Assembly: GCA_964490505.1 (NCBI GenBank)
Contig: CAZBCP010000016.1
Span: 36,676 to 100,675 of the forward strand
Reading direction: 5' to 3'
Length of the DNA: 64,000 nt
Source of the DNA: an uncultured Ohtaekwangia sp.
GTDB taxonomy: Bacteria > Bacteroidota > Bacteroidia > Cytophagales > Cyclobacteriaceae
The notes beneath the pieces were generated by a model. The model was given only the letters and a program-made list of their open reading frames with translations, was not told the DNA's origin and ran no database searches. How positions within the stretch are numbered: position 1 is the stretch's first letter; every line of letters begins with the position of its first letter. A program made the position numbers and the translations under genes. Shown here piece after piece: positions 52,198-62,171 of this stretch.

Positions 52198-54812
52198 ACG
52201 AACCTCCAAAAATACTAGAATGGTTGCTCGACAAGTGTTGTCCCGATAGTCGCCCCGACCTTAAAGGCGACTTTCTCGAACTGTATGAATATCGTGCTGA
52301 CGAAAAGGGCAAACGTTTTGCTAATCGGAAGCTGCTTCTCGATATCATCAGCGTTATCCCATTGAATTTTATCATTAAGGAAACCAACAACCATAAACCC
52401 ACTGGTATGCTCAGTACTAATCTCAAGATCGCCAGGAGAAACCTCGCGAAGAACAAGATCTACGCAGCCATCAATGTACTTGGTCTTGCGGTGAGTCTCA
52501 CCATCTGTATCCTGATCGCACTATTTATCCGCGACGAGATCAGCTTCGATAAACATTTCGAAGGTGGAGACAAGGTCTATCGTATCGCGGGTGACTATTC
52601 GCAGGGCGGTGCCGAGCGTGTAATGAGCGCGCAAACAACATACCTCGTAAAACCATGGATAGAAAATGATGTAGAAGGTATCGAGGCCATTACACGTCTC
52701 GATCTTACATTCGATGTAGTCAAGGTTGGCGACAAGGACTATGCTGAAACACACATCATCTTCGCCGACTCGACATTCTTCGACGTGTTCCGGCTGCCCT
52801 TCCTGAAAGGCGACCCGACGACGGCCCTCGATCGGCCCGAGAATGTTGTAGTGGATAAGACCACCGCTATCAAATACTTCGGGACAGACGACGTACTGGG
52901 GAAGACCATCGAGATGAAGGACAGGCAATGGATGATCACCGGCGTGTACAAAGACCTTCCCGTGAACACTCACTTCGGATGTCATCTCGTGTTCCCCATC
53001 TCCGCTGCTAAGACCTGGTATGCCGATTGGATACTGCACAATGCATCTGGTACAAGTCTTTACACTTACATCCGTGCAAAAGACAATCTCGATCAAGATG
53101 CTTTTGCCGCATCGGTAAGCAAACAGGTTGGAAAGAACTGGGGTTTCGGAGAAGGGTCCGCCCCGAAATACAAACTACAACCTCTCTTATCGATCCACCT
53201 GGAATCGAATATCAACCAGGAGCTCGATGTGAATGGTAGCCTCACCACCGTGTACATCTTTTCGATCACGGCAGTGGTAATTTTTATTCTTGCTTTCATC
53301 AATTATATCAATCTCACCACGGCAGCTTCATTCACGCGAAGTAAAGAAGTGGGGATGAAAAAAGTACTGGGCTCCACAACAAGAATGCAGGTATCGCAAT
53401 TCCAAACTGAATCCTTCCTTGTGGCAACATTCGCGATGATCGTTGCAATGATACTGGCCAGGCTGTCGATGCCGGTCTTCAATGAATTGAGTGGAAAGAA
53501 CTTAAACTTCAATCCTTTTATGGACCTGGCGATCGGTGGTGGTTTGCTTGGAATTTTGTTGGTCGTAGGTTTCGTGGCTGGGGCCTCTCCTGCCCTTGTG
53601 CTGTTGCGAACCTCGACCATCGGGATGCTTACCGATAAGCTGGAGCTGAAAAGTCGAAAATCGTATGTTCGAAGTGGGCTGATCGTTTTCCAATTTTCTA
53701 TGTCGATCACGCTCATTGTCTGTACTTTGATCGTCATGGACCAGATATCGTTCATGAGGAATAGCGACCTCGGTATCGACCCTGAGTCGGTAGTGATCAT
53801 TCCAATACCGACGTTGGACATCTCGAAGAAAGTCGAGCTGATGAAAACCGAAATGGAGCGCAACCCGTCGGTGATCGGCGTGGCAGCATCTTCTAACAAC
53901 GTGACCCAGCGTGTTGGTGGATGGCGCGGCTATAAGCCGGATCCGAGCGCGAAGGATGGTATCAGTTGCCCAAGCATGTCTGTTTCATTCGACTTCTTCG
54001 AAACGATGAAGGCGACAATGGTCGACGGTCGTTCGTTCAAAAAAGAATTCCCTTCGGATGTGGCGACAGGCTACATCTTAAATGAATCGGCGGTTCGGCT
54101 GTTCAACATGGAGGATCCTGTCAACAAAGATCTGCTTGGATACAAATTCAATGGCAATCAATGGTCTGAGTGTCACGGAAAGATCATCGGTATCGTAAAA
54201 GATTTCCATTTCGCTTCGTTACATGATAAAGTACAGCCCGTTGTATTCTATCTCGCGTCGGAACTAACGGAGCCACTGGGAAGTATGGAAGTCCGCGTTA
54301 AAAGCGAAGATCTCCCTAAGACCATCGGATCGTTGAAAGAGGTCTGGGACAATGTTGCCGGCGGTCGTGATTTTGAATTTGAATTCATGGACGAAGCCGT
54401 GGCGCGACATTACAAGGCAGAAGATCGTTTCCTGAAGATCTTCACGACTTTTTCCATGCTTTCGATCATGCTTGGCGGTCTTGGATTGTTCGGGCTTACC
54501 GCATTCATGGCAAAAAGACGAACGAGGGAGATCGGCATCCGTCGCGTGATGGGCGCTTCGGTTCCGACGCTCATCCGGATAATGTCGGGCGACTTCCTGA
54601 AACTGGTACTGATCGCCAACATTATTGGCTGGCCGATAGCCTGGTATTTTATGAACCGATGGCTCGGGAACTTTGCCTATAAGGCGCCGATCTCACCTGT
54701 GGTGTTTGTCGCTACTGGTATTGTCGTGTTGCTTATCGCCTTCCTTTGCGTGCTCTATCACTCGCTCAAAGTTTCAAGGGTTAACCCTGTGAATTCGTTG
54801 AGGAGTGAATAA
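52194..54812 (+). CDS. MacB/FtsX-type ABC permease with prefix domain (orphan permease, module 3)
   Basis: Prefix LKGDFLELYEYR; FtsX signatures KEVGMKKVLGS... and REIGIRRVMGA...; 4-nt overlap with padR. Confidence 0.85.
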   Translation: MNEPPKILEWLLDKCCPDSRPDLKGDFLELYEYRADEKGKRFANRKLLLDIISVIPLNFIIKETNNHKPTGMLSTNLKIARRNLAKNKIYAAINVLGLAVSLTICILIALFIRDEISFDKHFEGGDKVYRIAGDYSQGGAERVMSAQTTYLVKPWIENDVEGIEAITRLDLTFDVVKVGDKDYAETHIIFADSTFFDVFRLPFLKGDPTTALDRPENVVVDKTTAIKYFGTDDVLGKTIEMKDRQWMITGVYKDLPVNTHFGCHLVFPISAAKTWYADWILHNASGTSLYTYIRAKDNLDQDAFAASVSKQVGKNWGFGEGSAPKYKLQPLLSIHLESNINQELDVNGSLTTVYIFSITAVVIFILAFINYINLTTAASFTRSKEVGMKKVLGSTTRMQVSQFQTESFLVATFAMIVAMILARLSMPVFNELSGKNLNFNPFMDLAIGGGLLGILLVVGFVAGASPALVLLRTSTIGMLTDKLELKSRKSYVRSGLIVFQFSMSITLIVCTLIVMDQISFMRNSDLGIDPESVVIIPIPTLDISKKVELMKTEMERNPSVIGVAASSNNVTQRVGGWRGYKPDPSAKDGISCPSMSVSFDFFETMKATMVDGRSFKKEFPSDVATGYILNESAVRLFNMEDPVNKDLLGYKFNGNQWSECHGKIIGIVKDFHFASLHDKVQPVVFYLASELTEPLGSMEVRVKSEDLPKTIGSLKEVWDNVAGGRDFEFEFMDEAVARHYKAEDRFLKIFTTFSMLSIMLGGLGLFGLTAFMAKRRTREIGIRRVMGASVPTLIRIMSGDFLKLVLIANIIGWPIAWYFMNRWLGNFAYKAPISPVVFVATGIVVLLIAFLCVLYHSLKVSRVNPVNSLRSE

Positions 54813-54884
54813 AATAGTAAGGTTTTCTTCGGGCACGGTCATCAGGTAAGCCTTACAGAGGTTTGACCCTAGCACGATTTTTGA

Positions 54885-54917
54885 AAGTCATGGCATGACT
54901 TGAGTGATGCCATCACT
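54885..54917. promoter_or_regulatory. Two adjacent related palindromes upstream of the GH43 gene (candidate operator)
   Basis: AAGTCATG-G-CATGACTT (54885-54901) and AGTGATG-C-CATCACT (54903-54917). Both fit GTSATGSCATSAC. They lie ~90-120 nt upstream of the ATG at 55006. Confidence 0.5.
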
Positions 54918-55005
54918 TATTTAGACACCCCATGCAACCGCATTTGTTGCACAATTACTACCCCTGAAAATTTCTTATTAGGATTACTCTTGCCAAATTC
55001 GTTAT

Positions 55006-56046
55006 ATGAAATACCTCATCGCCCTTATCGTATTCTCCGGAATCGCCATCGCTCAAGCGCAAGATCGCAAGCCAGTTTCGGAACCCCTCATCTCTACCAT
55101 TTATACGGCCGATCCATCGGCGCACGTATTCAATGGAAAAATCTACATCTATCCCTCGCACGACATAGAATCGAATACACCGCAGGACGATGAAGGCGGC
55201 CACTTCGATATGAAAGACTATCACGTTCTTTCAATGGACGCGATCGGTGGAAAAGTTACCGACCATGGCGTTGCCCTCGACATTAAAGATGTACCCTGGG
55301 CAGGCAGACAAATGTGGGCACCCGATGCAGCATTCAAGAATGGAACATATTATCTCTATTTCCCCGCAAAGGATAAAAGTGATGTCTTCAGGATCGGTGT
55401 CGCAACCAGCAAAAGCCCAACAGGCCCTTTCAAAGCAGAACCCAATTTCATTGAAGGAGCTTACAGCATCGATCCATCTGTCTTTACCGATACCGATGGA
55501 AAGTCCTACATGTATTTCGGTGGTATCTGGGGCGGACAACTTCAGCGTTGGGCAACCGGCTCGTTCGATGCTAATGGATCAAAAACCGATCTGAAGCAAG
55601 ACGACAAACCTGCGATCGGCCCACGCATGGCAGTTATGTCGAAGGATATGTTACACTTCGACGGTGGCGTGAAAGAACTTCAGATCCTGGATCAAAACGG
55701 TCAACCCCTATTGGGTAAAGATCACGACCGTCGCTTTTTCGAAGCGCCGTGGATGCATAAGTATAACGGCAAGTATTACTTATCGTATTCAACCGGCGAC
55801 ACACACTTCATTTGTTATGCAACATCGACCAGCCCCGCGGGTCCATTTACATACCAGGGTGTTGTGTTGAAACCAGTTGTCGGTTGGACCAACCACCATT
55901 CGATTATTGAATTCAAGGGTAAGTGGTATCTGTTCTATCACGACAGCGTGCTATCGGGAGGAAAGACCCACCTGCGATCGGTGAAAGTAATGGAGTTGAA
56001 ATATAATCCGGATGGAAGTATCGTCACGATGGATGGGTATAAGTAG
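55006..56046 (+). CDS. Glycoside hydrolase family 43 (beta-xylosidase/alpha-L-arabinofuranosidase type), secreted
   Basis: YTADPSAHVFNGKIYIYPSHD, MWAPDAAFKNGTYYLYF, SIDPSVFTDTDGKSYMYFGG, FFEAPWMHKYNGKYYLSYS: the GH43 five-bladed propeller catalytic blocks. Confidence 0.85.
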   Translation: MKYLIALIVFSGIAIAQAQDRKPVSEPLISTIYTADPSAHVFNGKIYIYPSHDIESNTPQDDEGGHFDMKDYHVLSMDAIGGKVTDHGVALDIKDVPWAGRQMWAPDAAFKNGTYYLYFPAKDKSDVFRIGVATSKSPTGPFKAEPNFIEGAYSIDPSVFTDTDGKSYMYFGGIWGGQLQRWATGSFDANGSKTDLKQDDKPAIGPRMAVMSKDMLHFDGGVKELQILDQNGQPLLGKDHDRRFFEAPWMHKYNGKYYLSYSTGDTHFICYATSTSPAGPFTYQGVVLKPVVGWTNHHSIIEFKGKWYLFYHDSVLSGGKTHLRSVKVMELKYNPDGSIVTMDGYK

Positions 56047-56099
56047 ACGAGGTGACGAGGGGACGAGGTGACGAGGTGACGAGATGACGAGGGACGATC
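56047..56099. repeat. Octanucleotide tandem repeat (ACGAGGTG)n, ~6.5 units
   Basis: acgaggtg acgagggg acgaggtg acgaggtg acgagatg acgaggg acgatc. It fills the whole gap between the convergent GH43 and FGE-family genes. Confidence 0.85.
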
Positions 56100-57033
56100 A
56101 GTCGCGAACAACTCTGAAGCCGATATTGGAAGTCCCCGTATCGACACTTGATCCCTGGCGGGCGGTCGAGTAATAGTTCGAGCAATAATTCTCCGCACAA
56201 AGGAACGATCCTCCTTTTGTAACACGCATTTCTCCTTGTGACGCGAAGTAGTCGCCCTTGTAAACATCGGTGGTCCACTCCCACACATTACCGATCATAT
56301 CGTAAAGGCCATACTCGTTAGGAGGATAACTTTTAACGGGCGACGTTCCATCGAAACCGTCTTCCTTCAGATCATGAACCGGAAAAACCCCCTGGTAAGT
56401 ATTCGTGATCAGTTTACCTTCCGGTGTCGATCGCGTCGCATCTCCCGACGCCAGTTCCCATTCAGCTTCTGTAGGTAAACGACTTCTATCCCAATCGCAA
56501 TACGCAAGCGCATCTTCGTATGCAATATGGATCACCGGATGATCCCATCGGTTGGTGAGATCACTGCCGGGACCCTCGGGATGTCGCCAGTCGGCCCCAT
56601 CGACGTATCTCCACCACCTGGAATAATCATTGAGTGTAACAGCAATCGTTGGACGAACGAATACCAACGAGCCAGCAACCAGTAAGCTATCGGGGATCGC
56701 TGGTGTTCCCTCGGGAAGGTCCTCTTTGAGATCATTCCAGGATGGTTTACGTTCTGCAACAGTTTTATACCCGGTTGCATCAACAAACTTTTTGAATTGT
56801 TGATTCGTGATCTCAGTTTGTGAAATATGAAATCCGCCCGACGGGATCCAAATCATTCCTTCATGATGTTCAGCAGTTGTCGAACAACCTGCCAATAAGA
56901 AAAGGATTATTGCCCAGCGTAGATGATCGAGATTATTCCACCGAGGAATAAGATGAACATAACGGCCAGCAATCCCGAAACCTGCCTGCCGGCAGGCATG
57001 GCTCCCTTTTGTGTGTTCTTGAATTCTTTCCAT
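56098..57033 (-). CDS. Formylglycine-generating-enzyme (SUMF1/FGE) family lipoprotein; start uncertain
   Basis: GNVWEWTTD, RVTKGGSFLC, FRVVRD blocks. Lipobox LFLLAGCS. There is no ATG/GTG/TTG between Met(57033) and the lipobox, so the only canonical start overlaps the upstream transporter gene by 127 nt. Confidence 0.7.
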   Translation of the reverse strand: MERIQEHTKGSHACRQAGFGIAGRYVHLIPRWNNLDHLRWAIILFLLAGCSTTAEHHEGMIWIPSGGFHISQTEITNQQFKKFVDATGYKTVAERKPSWNDLKEDLPEGTPAIPDSLLVAGSLVFVRPTIAVTLNDYSRWWRYVDGADWRHPEGPGSDLTNRWDHPVIHIAYEDALAYCDWDRSRLPTEAEWELASGDATRSTPEGKLITNTYQGVFPVHDLKEDGFDGTSPVKSYPPNEYGLYDMIGNVWEWTTDVYKGDYFASQGEMRVTKGGSFLCAENYCSNYYSTARQGSSVDTGTSNIGFRVVRD

Positions 57034-57929
57034 ACGAATACCCCCCACAGTGCTGCTACCAGAGTGGCACCCTGGCCCAGTCCATAAGATACAGCGGCTC
57101 CGGCTTTTCCGGCAGCGATGAGGTTGAAAGAATTTCCAACACCCCAAATCAGTCCACCGAGTATGCCCACCATGTGTGTTGAGAAGCTTCCGGCGAAGTA
57201 TGCCGAGTAGCTCGTGGGCTCGCCGCTGATCGGTCGCTTGAATAAGATCGTGTTGAAGAGAAAATTGCTGACGAAGATGCCGATCGAAAAAATTACGACG
57301 GCTGTATACGGAGTCATCAATCCGGGAGCCGGGTCTTTGAAGTTGTCGAGGTCCATCGCCGAAGCAATGAAGCGATAGAAGAATGACATTAGTACGCCGG
57401 CGATGATGGATACGATGAGACCCTTGCTCGAAACTTTCTGTTCTCCCGAAGCGGCGCGCTTGTATGCAATGGAGTTGATGATGATGGCGGCGGTGATCAT
57501 AGCAACACCGGCAAACAACAGGGCGGGGTCTCCCTTTTGTGATCCGGAATAGTTGACGATAACGCCAAGTACTAACGCGATGCCGATACCGACAGGAAAC
57601 GCGACCGACATGCCAGCGATGGCTATCGCAGTAGAAAGCAAGATATTTGCGGCATTAAATACTACTCCGCCTATAAATGCACTGGTGATGTTGCTGCTAT
57701 CGGCTTGTGAAAGATCTTCGAGGAAGGCACGACCCGCCGTGCCATTGCTGCCCAATGTGAATGCAAATATCAAAGACAGTAAAAGTATTCCGATCACATA
57801 GTCCCAATAGAACAATTCGTAGCGCCACGTTTTTCCTGCGAGCTTCTGGGTATTGCCCCACGAGCCCCAGCAGAACATGGTGATGATACAGAACACAACA
57901 GCTAGCGAATAGTCTTCGACGATGAACAT
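56907..57929 (-). CDS. GRP-family (glucose/ribose porter, RbsU-like) sugar transporter
   Basis: About 10 TM segments. N-terminal MFIVEDYSLAVVFCIITMFCWGSWGNTQK. Sits directly downstream of ribokinase. Contains an in-frame copy of the palindromic element (AMPAGRQV). Confidence 0.6.
   Translation of the reverse strand: MFIVEDYSLAVVFCIITMFCWGSWGNTQKLAGKTWRYELFYWDYVIGILLLSLIFAFTLGSNGTAGRAFLEDLSQADSSNITSAFIGGVVFNAANILLSTAIAIAGMSVAFPVGIGIALVLGVIVNYSGSQKGDPALLFAGVAMITAAIIINSIAYKRAASGEQKVSSKGLIVSIIAGVLMSFFYRFIASAMDLDNFKDPAPGLMTPYTAVVIFSIGIFVSNFLFNTILFKRPISGEPTSYSAYFAGSFSTHMVGILGGLIWGVGNSFNLIAAGKAGAAVSYGLGQGATLVAALWGVFVWKEFKNTQKGAMPAGRQVSGLLAVMFILFLGGIISIIYAGQ
56977..57001 (-). repeat. Palindromic element copy 4, inside a CDS (and inside the overlapping FGE-family reading frame)
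   Basis: Minus strand CCATGCCTGCCGGCAGGCAGGTTTC. It includes a perfect 16-nt palindrome TGCCTGCCGGCAGGCA (56983-56998). Confidence 0.7.
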
Positions 57930-57941
57930 AACAATGAGGGG

Positions 57942-58853
57942 TTAGTGGCCGAGGAATTTTATGACTTCATCTTTAGTGGGTATTGAGGGTTGCGCACCCA
58001 TCTTCGTCACGCAGATTGCCGATGCGGCACTGGCAAACTTCACAGATTCGAGCATATCTTTTCCGGATGAGAGGCTGGCGACGAGTGCGCCACAGAAAGT
58101 ATCGCCTGCAGCGGTAGTATCTACTGCTTCGACTTCGAAAGCGGGAATACGTTTTGTGAACTGCGGTGTTCTTACGATCGATCCTTTTTTTCCAAGTGTC
58201 AATATTACGGTGCGTGCACCCATCGATATCAGTTGGTCGATGATCCCTTCTTCGCCGAGCGCGGCAATGGTTTGACCGGAGACCCGTTCAATTTCGGATT
58301 CATTAACGACGAGTATGTCGACCAGCTTCAGGAGGTCGACGCCGATCTCGCGTGCGGGCGCGACATTCAACAAAACAGGCGTGCGGTGCCTGTTGGCTAA
58401 CTCGATTGTTTTTTGAACTGTTTGAAAAGGGATCTCCATTTGGAGAACGACCATCGAAGCTTGCGAGATCTCGTCGTCGAGTTCCTCGATGTGAATGGGA
58501 AGCAGCTCGTGATTGGCGCCGGGTGTAACAACGATGCAATTCTCGCCTTCGTCATTGACGAGAATGACAGCGGTGCCGGTTGGAGCATAGCCGACGACGA
58601 GTGCATTTGAGACGTCGAGACCTTCGGTCTTGAAGTATGCGAGCGTATTGCGGCCGTTGGGGTCGTTGCCCAGGCATGTAACGAATTTTACGTTGCCGCC
58701 GAGGCGTTGTGCGGCCACGGCCTGGTTGGCGCCTTTGCCACCCATGGCTTGCATGAAGGATTTTCCGCTGATGGTTTCGCCTGCGTTTGGAAATCGCGCG
58801 ACGCTGGTGATGAGGTCGGTGTTAGAGCTTCCGATGACGAGGATTTTCTTCAT
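57942..58853 (-). CDS. rbsK: Ribokinase
   Basis: [42 protein letters not shown] (PfkB family signatures with the ribokinase-type N-terminus). Confidence 0.9.
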   Translation of the reverse strand: MKKILVIGSSNTDLITSVARFPNAGETISGKSFMQAMGGKGANQAVAAQRLGGNVKFVTCLGNDPNGRNTLAYFKTEGLDVSNALVVGYAPTGTAVILVNDEGENCIVVTPGANHELLPIHIEELDDEISQASMVVLQMEIPFQTVQKTIELANRHRTPVLLNVAPAREIGVDLLKLVDILVVNESEIERVSGQTIAALGEEGIIDQLISMGARTVILTLGKKGSIVRTPQFTKRIPAFEVEAVDTTAAGDTFCGALVASLSSGKDMLESVKFASAASAICVTKMGAQPSIPTKDEVIKFLGH

Positions 58854-58870
58854 CGGAGATAAAGATACAC

Positions 58871-59116
58871 TTATAAAGGAAACTCAGTCCCAGGTTTGTT
58901 TGCTTCATCACCATTCCTGGCAAGCTTTTCGGCCTCCAGTTTTGCTATTTTTCGCTCGTTGATCTCTCTTACCAATTCACCCGGGCCGTAGATTTTTGTT
59001 TTACCAGTAAATGTATTTTCGCTGATCCATTTCTGGAACTCAGCCCTTCTCTCCCGTTTGAATTCTAGCTTGAGTATACCTTTATCGAAGTCTTCAAAAA
59101 ATTCCGCAAATTCCAT
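58871..59116 (-). CDS. Hypothetical small protein
   Basis: 81-aa charged/helical ORF, 11 nt downstream of the 105-aa ORF. No motif recognised. Confidence 0.4.
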   Translation of the reverse strand: MEFAEFFEDFDKGILKLEFKRERRAEFQKWISENTFTGKTKIYGPGELVREINERKIAKLEAEKLARNGDEANKPGTEFPL

Positions 59117-59127
59117 ATATGTGGGGT

Positions 59128-59445
59128 TTAAGCGTTAGGATCTGTTGATCTATAATGTTTACAAAATTGATCTACGATCACATCCACGGTCGGTTTTCTT
59201 ATTCTAACAACAACGATATCAACGTCGTCGCCTTCTTTAATCGTAACTTCAAGGGGCTTCGACTCACGGGTAAAGCCAACATATTCGTAAAACCTTCCAG
59301 GACCAGGAACACGATCGGCTACGGAATAGCCTTCAATCATATCCTCAACCTCCCCAAAAGTTCGAATGCCTGCTTCGCGCAAGTCAAATAAATCAATCTG
59401 CCTGTAATCGTAATGAAATTGGAACATGCACCGAAGATGGTGCAC
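59128..59445 (-). CDS. Hypothetical small protein
   Basis: 105-aa ORF that forms a compact two-gene unit with 58871-59116. No motif recognised. Confidence 0.4.
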   Translation of the reverse strand: MHHLRCMFQFHYDYRQIDLFDLREAGIRTFGEVEDMIEGYSVADRVPGPGRFYEYVGFTRESKPLEVTIKEGDDVDIVVVRIRKPTVDVIVDQFCKHYRSTDPNA

Positions 59446-59508
59446 GTTTATTTAAATAGAATGATTCCTATGCTTTTCTGCAGAAAGAGATCAGGTTTTC
59501 CTGATTCG

Positions 59509-62160
59509 CTATTCATGTCTTATCGAATCCACCGGGTTTGCATTCGCGGCGCGAAGAGATTCTATTCCGACCGTCAGGTATGTCAATAACAATATAAACA
59601 ACCCTGCCCCTGCAAACACCGACCAATGAATTGACGTTCGATAGGCGAAACTCTCCAACCATAACGTCATGGCGTAAAGCGACAATGGTATCGCGACAAT
59701 GCAAGCAATCAACACCAATCTTACGAAACGGTTTGTTAGCAGAACGAGGATCTGTCCAACCGATGCGCCGAGCACTTTTCGTATCCCGATCTCTTTTGTC
59801 TTCTGCTCCGCAGTGAACGATGCCAATCCGAACAAACCTAAACATGCGATCACCACAGTAAATACCGTAAAGTAGTTCGAGAGCCTCGACATCTTCCTTT
59901 CATGACGGTACAGCCTCTCAAACTCCTGGTCCATGAACCAATAATAGAACGCATAGCCGGGGTAGATCTGTTTCCACGTACGCTCTATCTCGGCAATGGT
60001 ATGCATGATATCGGTGGGCGCAAGTTTCACATTCAATGTTTCAGTGCCCTTGTAATAACCCGAGAGCACAAGAGGTGATATACTCTCCCGCACCGATTTA
60101 TATGGAAAGTCCTTCACCACGCCGACAATTGTGCTGAACCTCAGCTCACGTGCGTCGACATAATTAAAGTTTGGAGCTACACTTATCTCCTGGCCGACTG
60201 CCTCCTGTAGCGTGAGATGTAATGCCTTCAATGCGGATTCGTTTACTATACAATTGTTGGTGTCAGCTGGTGTAGAGAACGAAAGGTTGCGACCGGCGAT
60301 CAACTCGATACCAAACATCGATAAAAAGCGCTCATCAACTTTCAATACATCTAAATTGGTCCTGTCGTCACCTTTCGACTTAACAACGAAAGGGTACGTA
60401 ATGAAACCAAAATTTTCCTGGCGTGGAATGTGATCGCTGAAAGAAACATCGACAACATTTTTGTTCCGCATCAGAATATTTCGAAGCTCGGATACATCAC
60501 CACCGGTCCGGATCGTGATCACCTGGTCGGTATGCGAATTAAGCTTTCCTTCCTGGATAAATGCCAGCTGACTTTGAACGACCATAGCGCATATGATCAG
60601 GATCATGGTAACACTGAACTGGAACACGACAAGGATTCGTCTGAAGCTTTCAGCACCACTACCGGCCGTTACCGTTCCTTTCAATACATCGGCAGGCTTG
60701 AATCGCGAAAGATAGAACGCGGGGTAGCTGCCTGAAAGAATTCCAAGGACCAATACAACCATCAACAGGATCACAAGGGAATCGTCCTGCACGACGGTCG
60801 ACAATGTGAAAGTCTTGCCGGTGATCTGGTTAAATGATGGCAGGAATGTCGCGATAATCGCCATAGCGATCAAAAAAGCGATGGTCATCATTGCAATGGA
60901 TTCGCCAAGGAACTGCCATACCAGTGATATTCTCCGGACACCGAGTGTCTTCCGTAAGCCCACTTCTTTTGCACGACGCAGCGATCGGGCCGTAGCGAGA
61001 TTCATGTAGTTGATCGCGGCTACGATCAATATCAGAATACCAACCGATGCGGAAATATAAACATAGAGCCGGTCGCCGGGCGATTCGAGCTCAACGAGAA
61101 ATCCGTTGGTAAAATGAATGTCGGTGAGCTTTGTGAAGACAGCCTTCCCGTTACCATGCCTATGCTCTCGCACGATCGGTTCCATTATCGCCTTTATGGC
61201 TGGGAGATCACTTTCATCGTTGATCTTGATAAATGAATACGTGAAAGCATCGCCCCAGGAATTCACGCGCTCTTCATTATCGCGCTTCCACAGTGGATTC
61301 AAAACCCGGTTGCTTGCGATGAATGCCGGATGAAAATGTGTGTTCGGAGGATAGTCTTTCATTACTGCTCCGACGATAAGAGGAAAATCCATTCCCGTTC
61401 GCGAATAAATGATCTCCTCCTCGATCGGGTCTACATTGCCAAAATACTTTTGTGCAGTGCTTTCGCTAATGATCACTTTACTCGGATCTCTCAAGATGTG
61501 CCAGGCATCGCTTCCATGGATTACTTCCAACGAAAAAATATCGGTGTAGGAAGAGTCGACCCAAAAGACCTGTGCTTCTTCAAACATCTTATCCTGCTTC
61601 GGGTATTTCACCAATCCCGGCCAGCCGAATTTGGAAAATCTCGTGTGAGCCTTGATCGCGGGACTTCCTTCGCTGAGTGCCTCCACCCAGAGACCTGGAA
61701 GGCGGGCATCGGTCTCTTCTGCGCCATCGCTCATTCTTTTATAGGAATTACTGATGCGGTATATCTTGTCGGCGTCTTTATGGATCGTATCGTATGAAAG
61801 TTCATCGTTTACATAAAGCCAGATCGCAATGAAGCTCACAAGGCTCAGAACGAGGCCGGCAACGTTGATAATTGCCGAGGTGCGACTACTCCGCATGCTT
61901 CGGAAGAAGATCTTGAAGAAATGAAGAATGGAATCAATGAAAGAAATACCAGGTGATCTGACGTCGCGGTCTTTGCGATTGCCTGATGTAATTGCGCGGA
62001 TCACATCGAACCAATAGTTGATGCGGGCGCGGAAGAGCCCTTTTTGTTCGATGTTCTCATGAAACTGTTCGTCGAGGTCGCCTTCAACTTCCTCGATAAA
62101 TGAAACGTGACAGAATCGGCGAAGGAGTGCTTTTGCCAATCGTGATGGGTGATGTTTCAT
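59509..62160 (-). CDS. MacB/FtsX-type ABC permease with prefix domain (orphan permease, module 4)
   Basis: Prefix IEEVEGDLDEQFHEN; FtsX signatures KEVGLRKTLGV... and KEIGIRKVLGA...; 11 nt downstream of padR. Confidence 0.85.
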   Translation of the reverse strand: MKHHPSRLAKALLRRFCHVSFIEEVEGDLDEQFHENIEQKGLFRARINYWFDVIRAITSGNRKDRDVRSPGISFIDSILHFFKIFFRSMRSSRTSAIINVAGLVLSLVSFIAIWLYVNDELSYDTIHKDADKIYRISNSYKRMSDGAEETDARLPGLWVEALSEGSPAIKAHTRFSKFGWPGLVKYPKQDKMFEEAQVFWVDSSYTDIFSLEVIHGSDAWHILRDPSKVIISESTAQKYFGNVDPIEEEIIYSRTGMDFPLIVGAVMKDYPPNTHFHPAFIASNRVLNPLWKRDNEERVNSWGDAFTYSFIKINDESDLPAIKAIMEPIVREHRHGNGKAVFTKLTDIHFTNGFLVELESPGDRLYVYISASVGILILIVAAINYMNLATARSLRRAKEVGLRKTLGVRRISLVWQFLGESIAMMTIAFLIAMAIIATFLPSFNQITGKTFTLSTVVQDDSLVILLMVVLVLGILSGSYPAFYLSRFKPADVLKGTVTAGSGAESFRRILVVFQFSVTMILIICAMVVQSQLAFIQEGKLNSHTDQVITIRTGGDVSELRNILMRNKNVVDVSFSDHIPRQENFGFITYPFVVKSKGDDRTNLDVLKVDERFLSMFGIELIAGRNLSFSTPADTNNCIVNESALKALHLTLQEAVGQEISVAPNFNYVDARELRFSTIVGVVKDFPYKSVRESISPLVLSGYYKGTETLNVKLAPTDIMHTIAEIERTWKQIYPGYAFYYWFMDQEFERLYRHERKMSRLSNYFTVFTVVIACLGLFGLASFTAEQKTKEIGIRKVLGASVGQILVLLTNRFVRLVLIACIVAIPLSLYAMTLWLESFAYRTSIHWSVFAGAGLFILLLTYLTVGIESLRAANANPVDSIRHE

Positions 62161-62171
62161 GAGTGATGCAG

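Noticed and set aside
58871-59445. The two small adjacent ORFs (105 aa + 81 aa), considered as a type II toxin-antitoxin pair.
   Set aside because: Only the compact two-gene layout supports this. I recognise no toxin or antitoxin family motif in either protein, so they are reported as hypothetical proteins only.
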